64,000 nucleotides of DNA from Oculatellaceae cyanobacterium bins.114 (GCA_033764315.1 JANRJA010000193.1:1-64000); one strand, 5' to 3'. Shown: positions 17,340 to 28,900, counted from the first letter of the stretch. The notes: generated by a model from the sequence alone, not told the origin. Made by a program: numbers and translations.

Positions 17340-18637
17340 AGAAAAAACAAGCGGCAGAGAGTAGCAGATAAAGAAAGTGGAAACGGATAAAGACGAAACG
17401 GCATTGACCTTAATTCAAGCGTCGCTGGCGCAAGACTAGAATCAACTGATTGTACTGCACGGTTTTTACCGTCGCTGTGCACAGCACAACATCGGATGCA
17501 TCGCAGTTTAAGTACCACCGTAGTTGACCATCAAGTGACCATCAAACAGCGTGCATTTGTCTTGCTGCTGCTCACTGCCATGACCTGGGTCAGTCATCTG
17601 GGAACTTATCCAATCTCTCAAGGGTCAATCCTTGAACTGAGATCTAAATTTTCTCGATCATCTTCCTGATCATGCGATGACAGTTTTATATGAAGCCTTA
17701 TCGAGAGCTAGTTCTTATGCCTGTCTCAGAAATGGGGATTAAGGTTCAAAACCATCCACGAGGGGGCGATCGCAACTAAGCCAGATACCCAAGGACTCAA
17801 ATCTAACCATCATCCTTATAATTTTTTTAAGGATTAAATTCCTCTCTTTTCAAGCAATTCAGAGGTTTAGTGTATTCTTGGGCTTTGACTTCAGACCTCG
17901 TTTATGCCTATAATCTCTTTTTTCAAAGCATTAAGACTTTTATGAAGGAGTAAATTTTATACTAGTCACCTAAACGTCACCTAAGCCAACAGAAAAATTT
18001 ATACCTAAAGTTGCATTTCCTTACGGTCTAAATTCGATATTTCTTAAAGTAGAGAATCAGAGTGCTTCCATATTGAAACACCTTTATTACCCTATGGTAC
18101 GCTAGAGGTTTACTAATTCTCTAATTTCACCCAGTGCGATTATATACCTTCTTGACTCAGTGAATTTAATTCTCAAAGGTTAGAGATCATTATTTTACGG
18201 AGGGCAGAAGCTTTCATCATCAAAGCAAAATCAGCTTTTAGAATTTGGAGCTTTGTTAACTGACCTGTTTAGATAGGTTCACAAGTTCAGATTGGTCAAA
18301 TTTAGGCTACCTAAGTTAAGGCAATTCGTTACGCTCTCACTAATTTGCCGGAATTCATCAACCCACGATTGATGATTCACATATCAGAGCACAATGGCTC
18401 ATCTTCTTAAGCAAGATAGAAACCGTTAGCTCGATTGAACTACTATCCAACGCGGCTTACAGCTTAAGCCCTGTGATATTAGTTCCATTCCGCATTTTTT
18501 GAAGTGTTACTCATAGCGCAGACCTTAGTATCACGCTTTTGTAGCTCAAGTTGGCGATCGCACTTCAGTTTGCATCTCCATTTCAATCGTTGCTTCGTTG
18601 GTTATTCACCCATTCGTTTTAGAAAGCGTTCGTCACT

Positions 18638-20077
18638 GTGAGTAGCGTAATGACCGGAAACAAGTTAGTGGATGGCACCCAATCTCAGCCCTCAACCAGT
18701 AGTAGTTTAAGTCGCTCTCAACGCGATGTTCCACGGGCACAGGAAGCTATCTACAATTATCTTCTGGAAATCGTTAAAGAATGGTCTCCAGAAGACGTGT
18801 TAGCAGAATTCAAACACTTGTTTATTCATCACGTCAATACGATTAGTTCTCACACCGTACCGCTGCTGTATGAAATCGTATTTGCTAACCAAGAACAGGA
18901 ATTTAGAAATACACTCAAGCGATCGTGCTACATCCTCATCAACAACTGGGATATCACACGCAGTCACCGATCAATCCAACAACTGATTCAACTCTTTAAT
19001 GATCCCATTCTGAGTCGGAACACGATGTCTCCGACCTCACAACGTCTAAGAAGTTGGATCAGAGCCTTTATTAAAAGCAAAGATTTTCAAGAACTTCAAT
19101 TATTTGCAGCCCGCTACGAAGAGCGAGAACACATTCATTGGAGTCAACGTTATGCCTCCTACCTGCTCGTACCACAATACATTGATCTCAAAAATCCGAT
19201 TGAGCAACGGCAAGCCGCTAGAACTCTATCCAAACAATTAAAAGATAAATTTAAGTTTGATTTAGCCATGTATACGGCTCGATCTGAAACTACTTCTCCA
19301 GCCAAATCAACCTATAAAAACCCAACGGCATTAGGTGATGAAGCACTCCGTTTAGTTAAATTAATTGTGGCAAAACGGGGCATGTTTAGTTACAACAATT
19401 TTGCCAACATCTTTATCAACCAAACTCAACATTTGCCCTACTCTGACTTTAAGAAAAGCCTGCAAAAATATTTAATTTTTTCAGTAGAGCATCATGACTA
19501 CGCCAAGGCACTAAAAACGCAACTCGCAGAAAAATTAGCTGTTTTATACACCAATCGTGACCACCAAGTCATAGATGATGCTTTGCTATTAAGAACCTGC
19601 AATCGTGTCATTGATTATTTAACAACTGAAAATCAGGCTGAACCAGCTTCACTCTTTATCCTATTGCTTTCACACGGCAATCCTTTAACCTTAGTTATCG
19701 TTCTTCTTAAAATCGTTTTAATTTGTAAATATTCTCGTACTCACCTAGAGTCTCGCATTGCCAATTTGGTTTCTTACTATCAAGAATGTCCTGAAGAAGA
19801 GTGCAAATGGGTGATTAACTTTTTCGAGATTTTTAGGGTGATTATGGCAATTTATACTGAAAACATTGAATTTAATTTAGTAAATATGAATCCCTCTGAA
19901 AAAAATTTGTCATCAGAGGTGAAATTAAACCAGGCAATCGATGCTTATCGCATTTTTTCCCAACCTACACAGCGGCTCAAGTCAGAACAATCAAGCTCAG
20001 AGCCAGATGAAGTTGAGCCTGGTTTGTCTGAATTTGATGGAACTGACTCTAGTTCCTCAATGTCTACTTCAGGCTAA
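18638..20077 (+). CDS. Hypothetical helical protein (479 aa) of unknown function
   Basis: Long ORF with protein-like composition (TLKRSCYILINNW, RYASYLLV, KFDLAMY, KNPTALGD); no catalytic motif recognised. Confidence 0.8.
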   Translation: MSSVMTGNKLVDGTQSQPSTSSSLSRSQRDVPRAQEAIYNYLLEIVKEWSPEDVLAEFKHLFIHHVNTISSHTVPLLYEIVFANQEQEFRNTLKRSCYILINNWDITRSHRSIQQLIQLFNDPILSRNTMSPTSQRLRSWIRAFIKSKDFQELQLFAARYEEREHIHWSQRYASYLLVPQYIDLKNPIEQRQAARTLSKQLKDKFKFDLAMYTARSETTSPAKSTYKNPTALGDEALRLVKLIVAKRGMFSYNNFANIFINQTQHLPYSDFKKSLQKYLIFSVEHHDYAKALKTQLAEKLAVLYTNRDHQVIDDALLLRTCNRVIDYLTTENQAEPASLFILLLSHGNPLTLVIVLLKIVLICKYSRTHLESRIANLVSYYQECPEEECKWVINFFEIFRVIMAIYTENIEFNLVNMNPSEKNLSSEVKLNQAIDAYRIFSQPTQRLKSEQSSSEPDEVEPGLSEFDGTDSSSSMSTSG

Positions 20078-20174
20078 CTAGCAGCTCTTGGCTTAAATTC
20101 AGTAACCATTTTTGGAAATTCAAAGCATTGTGATTAAAATAGAACATACGCACTAGTCTACTGAGTCAACCGCT

Positions 20175-20687
20175 ATGAGTATTTTTCAACGCCTATGGGA
20201 TGGTTTTGGCTTTGGTGAATCAGATGAGTCTGACTATGAATATGAGTATGTCGAAGCAGAATCGCCTCAAACTGAGTGGCAATCTGGTCAGTCAAACGGC
20301 AGACCACCCTCTGCTCCCAATGTCATTGGGATGGCAAGCCGCAATGTAGGACAAACTGAAATGATTGTAGTTGAGCCTCGCTCGTTTGAAGATATTCCTC
20401 AGGTTGTCACTGCCCTTAAACAGCGCAAATCTGTCATTCTTAACTTAGGCTTGCTAGATGCAGACGCTGCACAACGCTGTGTTGACTTTGTGGCAGGCGG
20501 GGTATTTGCTATGGATGGGCATCAAGAGCGTATTGGAGAAACCATCTTTTTGTTTACTCCAGGTTTTATTCAAATCAGCAATTACTCAGGCACAGAACAA
20601 CTAACTGATCTGCCCCATAGAACGCCCCACCCGGTTGCTGTTCCTCCTTCAGCATGGTCAATCGAAAATACTCGCCTAGCCCAATAA
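20175..20687 (+). CDS. sepF: Cell division protein SepF (probably a secondary paralog)
   Basis: EPRSFED, SVILNL, AQRCVDFVAGG, DGHQERIGETIFLFTP; not in the yggS-sepF-proC context. Confidence 0.88.
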   Translation: MSIFQRLWDGFGFGESDESDYEYEYVEAESPQTEWQSGQSNGRPPSAPNVIGMASRNVGQTEMIVVEPRSFEDIPQVVTALKQRKSVILNLGLLDADAAQRCVDFVAGGVFAMDGHQERIGETIFLFTPGFIQISNYSGTEQLTDLPHRTPHPVAVPPSAWSIENTRLAQ

Positions 20688-20745
20688 CCACTAGCCTAAG
20701 CACGATTAGTCCAATCAGTAACAGTGCTTTGCGTGACCAACAGCC

Positions 20746-21624
20746 TCACTTACCGGATGGTAGATAGAGTACGGGGTACCAACTTCGACGCAAAATCTCG
20801 GCGGCAAAACTGGGAGATGACCAGCTGAGCAGCCTCCCTAAACTTTCAGAGGAAACCGCGATCGCACTAATGTCATCTTCTTGAGCAGCTAATAACATCT
20901 GCGCGACTGAATGACCTTTACGAAGCTGCGTTGTAACCGATAATTCGGCTCCCTCCAAAGCAGATCGGGCAACTGCTAATTTTTCTTCAGCCTTCTTTAA
21001 TTCGTACTCCTCTAGCTCTTTAGAGCGGCTCACATCATCCACAACCCAACATAGCAGGCAATGTTCTATCCCTTGTGATGGATGCTGCCCAGCATATTGC
21101 TTAATTTGGTCAACTAAATAGTCAGAGTTAGCACTTCCGTCATAGGGCAACAACAGATGACGAAAGAGATGACGACACCTTAATTGCAATTCTTCACGGG
21201 TGTAAGTAGACATGAGTTGAGGTCGGAAGATAAAGGTAGGAATTGCCCGCTGCTGACAGATCTCCATAGTCGTGCTGCCAAATAGCTTCTCACCCAACAA
21301 AGTGTTAGTTGTCATCCCTAACATCAGTAGCTCTGTTTGATAAGCTTTGCTAACCGCTAAGATTTGTTCGGTGATCCGCCCCCACCTCACTTCAACTTTG
21401 ACCTCTACACCTGATGGCACCTGATGCAAGGCAGCAGCAAGGCGATCGCGGGCTTGCTGTTCTTGGGCTGCATTCGGTCGAGGCACTTCTCGCTCATCCG
21501 ACATAGTCATCACATGCAGAAACACGATTTGTGTCAACCCGCTAGCAGCTAAATCAGGAACGAAATTAACCAGCCTTTGCAAACCATCTGAAAAATCGGT
21601 GCAGATCAGGCAACGTTGAAACAT
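20746..21624 (-). CDS. Universal stress protein (tandem USP domains)
   Basis: LICTDFSD...FGSTT; LLPYDGS...SFAAEILRRSWYPVL. Confidence 0.92.
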   Translation of the reverse strand: MFQRCLICTDFSDGLQRLVNFVPDLAASGLTQIVFLHVMTMSDEREVPRPNAAQEQQARDRLAAALHQVPSGVEVKVEVRWGRITEQILAVSKAYQTELLMLGMTTNTLLGEKLFGSTTMEICQQRAIPTFIFRPQLMSTYTREELQLRCRHLFRHLLLPYDGSANSDYLVDQIKQYAGQHPSQGIEHCLLCWVVDDVSRSKELEEYELKKAEEKLAVARSALEGAELSVTTQLRKGHSVAQMLLAAQEDDISAIAVSSESLGRLLSWSSPSFAAEILRRSWYPVLYLPSGK

Positions 21625-22149
21625 GTATAGATCGAAGAGGGTAAGACTATCAATACTGAAGCTAATGAGTTTACTCTATCTACTTATCATAACTGCTTAG
21701 CATAGAACGGCTTTCCCATACAGAGCTTGAACCTCCTGCGACAGCTAGATCAAGAACAGGAGTTTAAGCTTTGTTGATTCCGATCCAAGTCAAAATGATT
21801 TAAGGTTTGCCTACTCGCTTCCCTGTGCGAATCAAACATAAAAAGATGAAGCGAAGCTCAAAATTGTTTTGTCATTGCGGTCAACCTGCCAAGCTGCTTA
21901 TAGAAAATGATGTAGAGAGATTTACTAAAATCAGCGTTTCAATCACAAGATAAACCAATACAGAACAGATAAATAGATAGGTAAAGATATCAAGCTAAAA
22001 CTGTTTCAAAGACGGTCACAGACAAGCAATAGAGTCGATTTGAGCCTTGGGTGGACGTCCCTGCACCCCCAGCCCCTCTCCTTCTTGTCAATCCGGTGCA
22101 GACAAAGAAGAAATTTGGCAAGAGATGGAGATCGCCTACGCCAGCAAGG

Positions 22150-22326
22150 CTAAATGTGAGCCTTTTTCAACAAATCTCGGATGAGGTTGTCTTTAATCAT
22201 TAACTGCTGGGCAGCCTCCATCAATTGGTAAATAACTTGATTGTGGTCTAAATCCTGAAACTCAAATTGCAGACGCTGAAACTCAAACTGCTGCTCCATC
22301 GTTAACTCAAATGCTTTCGGATCCAT
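22150..22326 (-). CDS. nblA: Phycobilisome degradation protein NblA (second copy, 58 aa; missed by the ORF track)
   Basis: Manual translation MDPKAFELTMEQQFEFQRLQFEFQDLDHNQVIYQLMEAAQQLMIKDNLIRDLLKKAHI; AGAGGA RBS. Confidence 0.9.
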   Translation of the reverse strand: MDPKAFELTMEQQFEFQRLQFEFQDLDHNQVIYQLMEAAQQLMIKDNLIRDLLKKAHI

Positions 22327-22339
22327 AAGTTCCTCTCTA

Positions 22340-22528
22340 TTAGCTAAGGGATTGCATCGGTGTAGTGCTGACCAAGTTACGGATAATGTTGTCTTTGAGC
22401 ATAAGTAGGCGTGAAGCTTGCACGAGCAAATTTAAAGCTTGCTCATGACTCAGTCCCTTGACTTCATCTTGCATACGCCGCATCTCAAACTGCTGTTCTA
22501 ATGTCAGCTCAAATGCTTTAGGTTCCAT
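22340..22528 (-). CDS. nblA: Phycobilisome degradation protein NblA (first copy, 62 aa)
   Basis: MEPKAFELTLEQQFEMRRMQDEVKGLSHEQALNLLVQASRLLMLKDNIIRNLV; AAGGAG RBS. Confidence 0.92.
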   Translation of the reverse strand: MEPKAFELTLEQQFEMRRMQDEVKGLSHEQALNLLVQASRLLMLKDNIIRNLVSTTPMQSLS

Positions 22529-22988
22529 AAGGTACTCCTTACTGAGTGAAATGTCTAGGTTGACGAGCTTGAAGATCGGCAAGTGTCGAAACATTTGAGA
22601 TCTTGATTGGCTAGTGATCCCTTGTTTGTTTTTAGGATTTCCCCAAAACTGGTAGAAAAACACTAGTTAGCATATTAAAAAAGATAACAATTGTTTGACA
22701 AACTGCCCATCCCCTTTGTGTGTACTCCGTTGGTTAGAAGATTCAGCCGTCGATCAATTCGTCCGGTAGATTTCCAGTATTTTGGCAAGTTACAAATTGT
22801 AAATATGTTCAAAATGGACTAAATATGTGTTATCGGACACAAGCTTTATATAAAATTCTCTTTTTGATGAAATTGCAACCCTAAAATCATGCGCTAGACT
22901 TGAAATTGGTAACTGATGCAAAGCATTTCCTCTTTGGGGGTTAATTGCTTTGAGCGACTACCACCTGTCCGAGACATCATTTCTGTGG

Positions 22989-23014
22989 AAGTGGGTCATT
23001 GCCCCACTTTTTTT
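22989..23014 (+). promoter_or_regulatory. rimP leader hairpin / attenuator-like terminator
   Basis: AAGTGGG-tcattgc-CCCACTT followed by a T-run, about 55 nt upstream of the rimP start. Confidence 0.65.
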
Positions 23015-23068
23015 GTTTTTTTAGCCGCTTATAAAGCATCTGTCTCTACTTAATTGGCCTTGGAGAAG

Positions 23069-23536
23069 ATGACTCATCCACTGATTCCTCAAATAGTTGA
23101 TTTAGCCGCTCCTGTGGCAGAAAACCTTGGTCTAGAGGTCGTTGGTGCAATATTCCACACCCATCAAAATCCACCGATTTTGCGCGTAGACATCCGCAAC
23201 CCTCATCAAGACACCGGTTTAGATGACTGTGAACGTATGAGCCATGCCCTAGAAGCAGCCCTAGATACAGTCGATATCATTCCAGATACTTATGTGCTTG
23301 AGGTTTCAAGCCCTGGAATTGATCGATTGCTCACAACTGATCGAGAATTTATCTCCTTTAAGGGTTTCTCAGTTACGGTCACAGCCAATGAACCCTACCA
23401 AGGACAAAAAGTATGGACGGGTCAACTCATTCGTCGCGATGAAGAGACGGTTCACTTAAATCAAAAGGGGCGATCGCTCGCAATTCCACGGCAGATTATC
23501 AACTCTGTGCAATTAAGCGATCGCCCCAAAGGGTAA
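23069..23536 (+). CDS. rimP: Ribosome maturation factor RimP
   Basis: [23 protein letters not shown]; first gene of the rimP-nusA-infB operon. Confidence 0.97.
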   Translation: MTHPLIPQIVDLAAPVAENLGLEVVGAIFHTHQNPPILRVDIRNPHQDTGLDDCERMSHALEAALDTVDIIPDTYVLEVSSPGIDRLLTTDREFISFKGFSVTVTANEPYQGQKVWTGQLIRRDEETVHLNQKGRSLAIPRQIINSVQLSDRPKG

Positions 23537-23652
23537 ACTGCTTTGCATCGCCACCCCTAAGGAATCTGTAAGCATTGCTGCTTAACTAAATAACTCCACA
23601 CGGCCCATCTCATTTCCAATCCGACAACTTAAGATTTTCAGAGGTTACTTCT

Positions 23653-25014
23653 ATGTCAATGGTCACTCTACCCGGACTGCAAGACATGATTGACAGCATT
23701 AGCCGCGAACGCAATCTTCCTAAACATGCAGTTCAAGCGGCATTGCGTGAGGCATTACTCAAAGGGTACGAACGATATCGCCGCACCAATCGTCCTGACG
23801 TCACTAACTTTGACGAAGACTATTTCAGCAATTTCGAGGTAGAGCTTGATGTTGAGGACGAAGGCTTTCGAGTCCTTGCAACCAAAACCATCGTAGAAGG
23901 CGTGACTAACCCTGATCACCAAATTGCCTTAGAAGAGGTTCAAGAAGTAGCAGCTGAAGCCCAGTTGGGCGATACAGTTGTGCTAGATGTTACCCCCGAC
24001 CAAGGCGAATTTGGACGGATGGCAGCCATTCAAACCAAACAGGTTTTGGCACAAAAGCTGCGAGATCAGCAACGGAAGTTAGTTCAGGAAGAGTTTCAAG
24101 AGCTAGAAGGCACGGTGCTACAAGCCAGAGTGCTGCGCTTTGAGCGTCAGTCTGTGATTATGGCAGTCAACAGTGGCTTTGGTCAGCCTGAGGTAGAGGC
24201 TGAGCTATTAAAACGTGACCAGTTGCCCAACGATAACTATCGCGCCAATGCCACATTTAAAGTGTTTTTGAAAAAAGTGTCTGAAGGATCTCATCGTGGT
24301 CCTCAATTATTGGTTTCTAGAGCAGATGCGGGTTTAGTGGTCGATTTGTTTGCTAGCGAAGTTCCAGAGATTGAAGATGAGGTTGTTCGGATAGTTGCTG
24401 TAGCGCGCGAAGCCAACCCCCCCTCACGATCAGTCGGTCCTCGTACCAAAATTGCCGTTGATACGTTAGAGCGGGATGTAGACCCTGTAGGTGCTTGTAT
24501 TGGAGCACGGGGATCACGCATTCAAGTTGTTGTCAACGAATTGCGGGGTGAGAAAATTGATGTCATCCGCTGGTCGCCTGATCCGGCTACTTATATTTCC
24601 AACGCTCTCAGCCCTGCTCGAGTCGATGAAGTGCGTCTAGTTAACCCTGAAGAGCGACAAGCTCATGTGTTGGTAGCTGAAGATCAACTGAGTTTGGCAA
24701 TTGGCAAAGAGGGACAAAATGTTCGCTTAGCCGCTCGCTTGACCGGATGGAAAATCGATATCAAAGATTCTGCTAAATATGACTACGATGCTGAAAACCG
24801 CAAGATTGCGGCCTTAGCAGAAGAACAACGACTCGCCAGAGAAGCGGCTCAAGCTGAGGAGGAGTATGATGATGAGTACGATGATGAACTCGACGAAGAA
24901 TTTGAGGAAGACTTTGACGACGAAGAAACAACCGATGTCCCTGATCCTGAAGAACTCGCTGTAGCAGATGGATTTGGCGCGGAGATCAGTGATGCACTAA
25001 AACGCCCAGAGTAA
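23653..25014 (+). CDS. nusA: Transcription termination factor NusA
   Basis: FGRMAAIQTKQV, DPVGACIGARGSRIQ, LAIGKEGQNVRLAARLTGWKIDI; acidic tail. Confidence 0.98.
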   Translation: MSMVTLPGLQDMIDSISRERNLPKHAVQAALREALLKGYERYRRTNRPDVTNFDEDYFSNFEVELDVEDEGFRVLATKTIVEGVTNPDHQIALEEVQEVAAEAQLGDTVVLDVTPDQGEFGRMAAIQTKQVLAQKLRDQQRKLVQEEFQELEGTVLQARVLRFERQSVIMAVNSGFGQPEVEAELLKRDQLPNDNYRANATFKVFLKKVSEGSHRGPQLLVSRADAGLVVDLFASEVPEIEDEVVRIVAVAREANPPSRSVGPRTKIAVDTLERDVDPVGACIGARGSRIQVVVNELRGEKIDVIRWSPDPATYISNALSPARVDEVRLVNPEERQAHVLVAEDQLSLAIGKEGQNVRLAARLTGWKIDIKDSAKYDYDAENRKIAALAEEQRLAREAAQAEEEYDDEYDDELDEEFEEDFDDEETTDVPDPEELAVADGFGAEISDALKRPE

Positions 25015-25112
25015 CCCTAAAAGGTTTTCGATCCATCATGAATGCAGCCCCACAATTTTTATGATTGTTTTTTGGCTAGGTGGATTAGAAAAATTGAACT
25101 TATCATTTTCTC

Positions 25113-25391
25113 GTGGAAGTAAACTATCGCCGCTGTGTTAGTTGCCGTAAAGTCGCTCCTAAGGCGTCGTTTTGGCGAATTGTTAAAGTACATCCTGCTC
25201 AAAACATCTGTTTAGACGAAGGGATGGGTCGTTCTGTCTACCTCTGTCCACAGGCAAGTTGTCTGCAAACTGCTCAAAAAAAAGATCGATTGGGGCGATC
25301 GCTCAAAGCACCTATCCCCGAGTCAATTTATCAAATACTGTGGCAGCGATTATCAGGAGTCGCTACGATAGAGGAAGCTGGCTTAAAGTAG
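25113..25391 (+). CDS. ylxR: YlxR/DUF448-family RNA-binding protein
   Basis: RRCVSCR, GMGRSVYLC; lies between nusA and infB. Confidence 0.9.
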   Translation: MEVNYRRCVSCRKVAPKASFWRIVKVHPAQNICLDEGMGRSVYLCPQASCLQTAQKKDRLGRSLKAPIPESIYQILWQRLSGVATIEEAGLK

Positions 25392-25936
25392 CCACAATGT
25401 TGTCTCAGAGAAGTTAACATTCAATAAGCTGTTGCTTGCACTTACCTATTAGAATGATCGGAATTACCCCAAGAATCACCCTGTATAGGCTGATGGCGAT
25501 ATACTTCCCTCAGCAGAGGTGTGTCTCAGTTATATTCTGGTAATTAATAATAGATTCATCTAAAACAGGATTTAGGGCAGGTTCAGTGCAAAAATAAGGT
25601 ATCTATACCGAATGAAGATACAGCGATCGCTGTGATCGAAAACTGCCCTCAGTTTTCTAAACCCCTTCAGTTTTCTTAACCTTTGCGTAAGACAATATTT
25701 GTGTATGACAATAGAAGCAAGCTGTTTCGTAAGTAACAGTTTGTTAGACTCCTGAGCAAACAATAGCTGCACTTTTTACAACTTCAACGTTATAAATGAT
25801 TGTGGCAGTTAGATCTTGCATGACCAACAGCGGTTGGCAACTGTATCTCCTTCGTTCAATGTTTGTTAAATGTAGTCTCGTCAAAACAGTAGGTCATCTT
25901 ATGTGTTAAGTATTCAGCGTCAAGAGGAAAGAGTGG

Positions 25937-28900
25937 ATGAACAACGGCAAAGTAAGAATTTACGAATTATCAAAGGAATTAAATTTGGACAATAGAGATA
26001 TTTTGGCAGTCTGTGACCAGCTCAGCATCAACGTCAAGAGTCACAGCAGCACAATATCAGACGCTGAAGCTGCTCGCATTCGCTCTGCTGCTGAAAAGTA
26101 CACCCCTAGTCATTCCTCCGCTAGCAAAGCCAGTATGCCGACTCACTCCACAAACAACTCTTCACGGCAAACTGGTCCTCAACCTCCTATCAAAAAGCAG
26201 CAAATTTTAGAGGTTCGTCGGCACCGCCCTACAACAGAGCCGCCTAAACGCCCTGAAGTTCAATCAGCACCTCCCACTCCACCGCCTAATCAAGCTCAAG
26301 CACCAACGGGGCAACCTCCAAGATCCCCCGTTCGTCCTGTCACACCTAACCGCCCTACTAAGGCTCCTGTGGCTGATGATCTGCCTTCAAACAGCACCTC
26401 CTCATTTGAAGACCCTGTTGATACTCCTCCAACACCTCTCTCAGACCTGCCTCAACAACAAGAGCAAGTCGTAGCCGCTCAAACACCCGCCTTGGCTGAG
26501 CCACCTACTACCGATGAGCCAGAGTTTGTTGAAACGGAGTTGACGGAGGCGGCTGAGGCGGAAGCAGAACCACAAGTTGTGGAAGCAGAATCTGAAGCCG
26601 AAATTGAGGAATCGATTCCCTTAGAACTGACCGCACCACCTGCACGTCCTGTTCCTAAGTCTGCAGGTAACAGTCAATCGTCTATGGTAAACCGACCAGT
26701 TCTGAAGCGACGTTCAGAACAAGGAGATGTATCTGGTGGCGTCAATGTACCTGGTGGCAACAGTGCACCCAGTGGTGTATCGCGAGCACCAGTCAGAGCT
26801 GATCGTTCTGAAAGACCCGAAAGACCTGACACTAGCCGTCCTAGACCTTCAGTAGTCACAACGACAGCAGAGGGTGGTGAAGCAACTGGCGTCGTCATGC
26901 CCAAACGGGTAATCGAGCTGCGCCACAAACCAGTGCGTCCAGGCACTCCTAGAGAAGAAGGAGGCAGTGACTCATCAGGTTCAACTCCAGCATTTGCTCC
27001 AGCGGGCGGTGCAGCCGATGAGCTCAAGCGTCCGACCTTGCCTCGCCCTCCTAAGCGGGGTAAAGCCTGGGATGAAGAGGAAGAAGAGCAAGAAGCTACA
27101 CCCAAAGCGGGCAAGGTTGGAGCAAAAGCCAAGCGACGTACTCAGTTGCTGGATGACGAAGACATTGAGCTAGATGATGTGCTTAATGCTGATGGTGATG
27201 ATGACCAAGGGCCTGTTCAGGTGAGCCTGTCATTGGCACGTCCCCCACGACCCAAAAGCAGCAAACCGGCTCAAGTCAAGCAACCGTCAGCCGTCACTCA
27301 GAAGGGTCGCAAATCGAGTAGTTCTAATGAAAGGAATTTCCGGCGCGATCGCCGTGAGCCTGAAGTTAAAGAACGTCCTACCAAGGTGTCGCTCACAGGC
27401 AGCCTTTCACTGCACGATCTGGCAGAGATCTTAGTGGTTCCTGAGACTGAGATCATTAAAACTCTCTTCTTTAAAGGAATTGCGGCTAACATCAACCAGA
27501 TTCTGGATATTCCTACAGCAGCAATGGTGGCTCAGGAATTTGACATTGAGGTTGAAACGGTTGAAGCCGAGGCAGAAGCCAAGAAAGTAACAGAAATGTT
27601 AGATGCTGAGGATTTAGAAAGCCTCCAGCGTCGTCCACCTGTGGTGACCATCATGGGTCACGTTGACCACGGTAAAACAACTCTGTTGGACTCCATTCGC
27701 AAAACAAAAGTTGCTCAAGGGGAAGCAGGCGGCATTACCCAGCACATTGGAGCCTATCACGTTGATGTTGAACATGATGGTAGAACTGAACAAGTCGTAT
27801 TCCTAGACACTCCAGGGCACGAAGCTTTTACGGCTATGCGAGCGCGGGGAGCGAGGGTGACAGACATCGCCGTTTTAGTCGTAGCGGCTGACGACGGTGT
27901 ACGTCCTCAAACCATTGAGGCGGTCAGTCACGCTAAGGCAGCTGAAGTTCCCATTGTGGTTGCTATCAATAAGGTTGATAAGGAAGAAGCCCAACCCGAC
28001 CGTGTTAAGCAAGAATTGACAGAATTCGGCTTAGTCGCTGAAGAATGGGGGGGCGACACTATCATGGTTCCGGTGAGCGCACTCACTGGAGAAAACCTTG
28101 AGACGTTGCTGGAGATGTTACTCCTGGTTGCAGAGGTAGAAGACCTGCATGCTAACCCTGATCGCCTAGCGCGAGGCACGATTATCGAAGCCAATCTAGA
28201 CAAAGCTAGAGGCCCTGTTGCTACGTTCCTCATCCAAAATGGAACGTTGAGAGTTGGAGATGTTTTAGTAGCGGGTTCGGTGTTTGGTAAAGTTCGAGCC
28301 ATGATTGATGACCGAGGACAACGCGTTAAAGAAGCAACTCCTTCTTTTGCAGTTGAGGTTCTGGGTCTAAGTGATGTACCCGCTGCGGGTGATGAGTTTG
28401 AAGTCTATGCCGATGAAAAAGAAGCACGGGCGATCGCAAATACCCGCAGTGATCAACAACGTCTATCTCGCTTGCAACAAGCGATGGCATCTCGTCGGGT
28501 GAGCTTAAATACCCTCTCTGCACAAGCTCAAGAGGGAGATCTAAAAGAACTTAACCTGATTCTTAAGGGAGATGTTCAAGGTTCAGTCGAGGCTATCCTC
28601 GCAGCTTTACAACAACTGCCTCAGAAAGAAGTACAAGTTCGGGTCTTATTGGCAGCACCTGGAGAAATCACTGAAACTGACGTTGATTTAGCAGCAGCCA
28701 GTAACGCAGTTATCATTGGCTTCAATACCACTTTTGCCAGCGGTGCCCGACAAGCGGCTGATGAAGTGGGAGTTGATGTCCGCGACTACAACATCATCTA
28801 CAAGTTGTTAGAGGATGTTCAAGGGGCGATGGAGGGTCTACTAGAACCAGAACTCGTCGAAGAGCCTCTGGGTCAGGTCGAAGTTCGAGCGACTTTCTCA

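Noticed and set aside
22530-22900. NtcA box upstream of the nblA pair
   Set aside because: No exact GTA-N8-TAC found by eye; only partial matches.
25392-25936. 545-nt gap before infB with a 66-aa antisense ORF
   Set aside because: No coding signal or clear structure; probably an internal promoter region.
26100-27360. Very long Pro/Glu-rich IF-2 N-terminus
   Set aside because: Normal, highly variable feature of cyanobacterial IF-2.
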